Positions 62,831 through 64,000 of a DNA stretch of 64,000 nt are shown here, piece by piece (position 1 is the stretch's first letter; each line of letters begins with the position of its first letter). The DNA comes from a virus. The DNA lies in IMG/VR virus record IMGVR_UViG_3300017565_000003. One strand, 5' to 3'. The position numbers and the translations under genes are program-made. Under the pieces are notes generated by a model that worked only from the letters and a program-made list of their open reading frames with translations, was not told where the DNA came from and ran no database searches.

Positions 62831-63448
62831 ATGACATATAACAAAATGGATGAACAAATTATCGTAAGTCCTAGATCAACAACATTCTCAAACGAACAAT
62901 TAACATTCCAAGGTGTAAATAGTGATCCTACATCAACTCAACAAATCGTTGCTAATATGGCTTCTGACTATTCAGTGATGCGTAGAGGAGATGCAGAAGA
63001 TAATCCTGAATATAAGCAACCTATCCCTTATTGTGTAATTAAACAAGGTGGTAAAGTATTCGGATATAAACGTTTATCTGGTGGAGGAGAAACACGTTTA
63101 CACAATCAAATCTCATTAGGTGTAGGTGGACATACAAATGATATAAAGGGTTTAGATTTCTATGGTATTATCTCGGAAAATCTTAAACGTGAACTAGATG
63201 AAGAACTTCACATTAACCAGGATAAAATCACTTTACATACCATTGGTTTAATCAATGACGATGAAAATGAAGTAGGTCGTGTACATATTGGAATGTTAGT
63301 TGTAGCTGAGTTAGATGAAGGGGAAACTGTTTCAGTTAAAGAAACTGATCAGCTAGAAGGCGTTTGGTTTACTGTTGATAAGTTAAAGCAGCCAGAAGTA
63401 TTTGAGTCACTTGAAACATGGTCACAGTTTGTAGTAGATATCTTATAA
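62831..63448 (+). CDS. NUDIX-like phosphoesterase (YmaB-type)
   Basis: RRGDAE..YKQPIPY, SLGVGGH, RELDEEL, VHIG. Confidence 0.8.
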   Translation: MTYNKMDEQIIVSPRSTTFSNEQLTFQGVNSDPTSTQQIVANMASDYSVMRRGDAEDNPEYKQPIPYCVIKQGGKVFGYKRLSGGGETRLHNQISLGVGGHTNDIKGLDFYGIISENLKRELDEELHINQDKITLHTIGLINDDENEVGRVHIGMLVVAELDEGETVSVKETDQLEGVWFTVDKLKQPEVFESLETWSQFVVDIL

Positions 63449-63464
63449 AAAGGAGAGATTAATA

Positions 63465-63710
63465 ATGTTCCGAGTTGAAAAACAACTAGACAATCAAATC
63501 ACTATCACACTTAATTCAGAATCAACTTTAACACTACATAGCATCCTAGAATACTTCACACGAGCTGACGATATCGAGGATAAAGCAAATGACACTGAGC
63601 TTAATATGGCTAACACTCTGTCAGAGGAATTATTATATTACATCAAAGATAATCTTAGTGAACAGATTGATTCTGAAGTAATCCAATATATTAACGATTC
63701 ATACAAGTAA
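63465..63710 (+). CDS. Hypothetical acidic protein
   Basis: AGGAG RBS. Confidence 0.6.
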   Translation: MFRVEKQLDNQITITLNSESTLTLHSILEYFTRADDIEDKANDTELNMANTLSEELLYYIKDNLSEQIDSEVIQYINDSYK

Positions 63711-63773
63711 ACTATACATACTGAGAAGGGGTTAATATTTCTCCTTCTCTTTTCAAATGAAAGGGGATAAGGA

Positions 63774-64000
63774 ATGACATACGTAGACGATATTTTTATA
63801 CAGAATGCAGAAGAAATCTTGAACCAAGAATGGGAAGTTGATAACAGAGCTACATGGAAAGACGGTTCTCCTGTTAAGACTAAACGTATTCTACAAGTTG
63901 TAAATAAATATGATTTATCAAAAGGCTTACCTATTTCAACTTTACGTGACATTAATTATACAGCAGCTATAGATGAGATTGTTTGGATATATATGAAAAT
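63774..64000 (+). CDS. thyA: Thymidylate synthase, 3' partial
   Basis: RATWKDG..TK..QVVNKYDLSKG.PISTLR..AAIDEI.WI. Confidence 0.8.
   Translation, partial: MTYVDDIFIQNAEEILNQEWEVDNRATWKDGSPVKTKRILQVVNKYDLSKGLPISTLRDINYTAAIDEIVWIYMK

Larger units (their letters stand above)
1..64000 (+). mobile_element. SPbeta-like temperate phage/prophage, early, regulatory and replication region (ends not in window)
   Basis: yopP/Q/R-like operon, YopX, yorG/H/I/J-like replication block, YorP, YorR, C5 MTase, nrdHIEF, thyA in SPbeta-like order; dense co-oriented small ORFs. Confidence 0.9.

Noticed and set aside
1347-63952. Most reverse-strand ORFs in the track (e.g. 1347-1751, 13645-14043, 41416-41679, 43203-43559, 63638-63952) and nested + ORFs 23878-24075 and 61258-61461
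   Set aside because: They shadow well-supported + strand genes, lack RBSs and have antisense-type composition

Overview
AT-rich (~30% GC by eye) 64 kb segment of a large SPbeta-like temperate Bacillaceae phage or prophage, almost all coded on the + strand; no host housekeeping flank or att site is visible. Order: Ltp-type surface protein and an array of small accessory ORFs (1-10.6 kb); lysogeny-control region with a yopP/yopQ/yopR (sroD/E/F, MrpR)-like operon but no aimR/aimP in the usual upstream slot (10.6-17.8 kb); two unannotated comX-like pheromone precursors plus a full-length comP-like kinase without comQ or comA (17992-20619); a second accessory array (20.7-35 kb; yyaC, Dam, nucleotidyltransferase); a replication module (SSB-like protein, AAA ATPase split by a group I intron, DnaB helicase, primase, PD-(D/E)XK nuclease, family B polymerase; 35.2-46.2 kb); methyltransferases and small ORFs (46-58 kb); nrdHIEF, NUDIX and the start of thyA. 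Two main candidate novel systems: (1) a phage-borne ComX/ComX-decoy/ComP quorum-sensing module that would need host ComQ/ComA and may stand in for arbitrium; (2) a cassette-like architecture in which accessory genes are bounded by a TAAAA-N6-TTTTA inverted repeat, several copies of which lie at near-fixed distances from NrdR-like boxes, ArgR-like boxes or a 24-bp palindrome, reminiscent of cer/Xer-type sites with accessory factors. All family calls come from motif recognition, not database searches.
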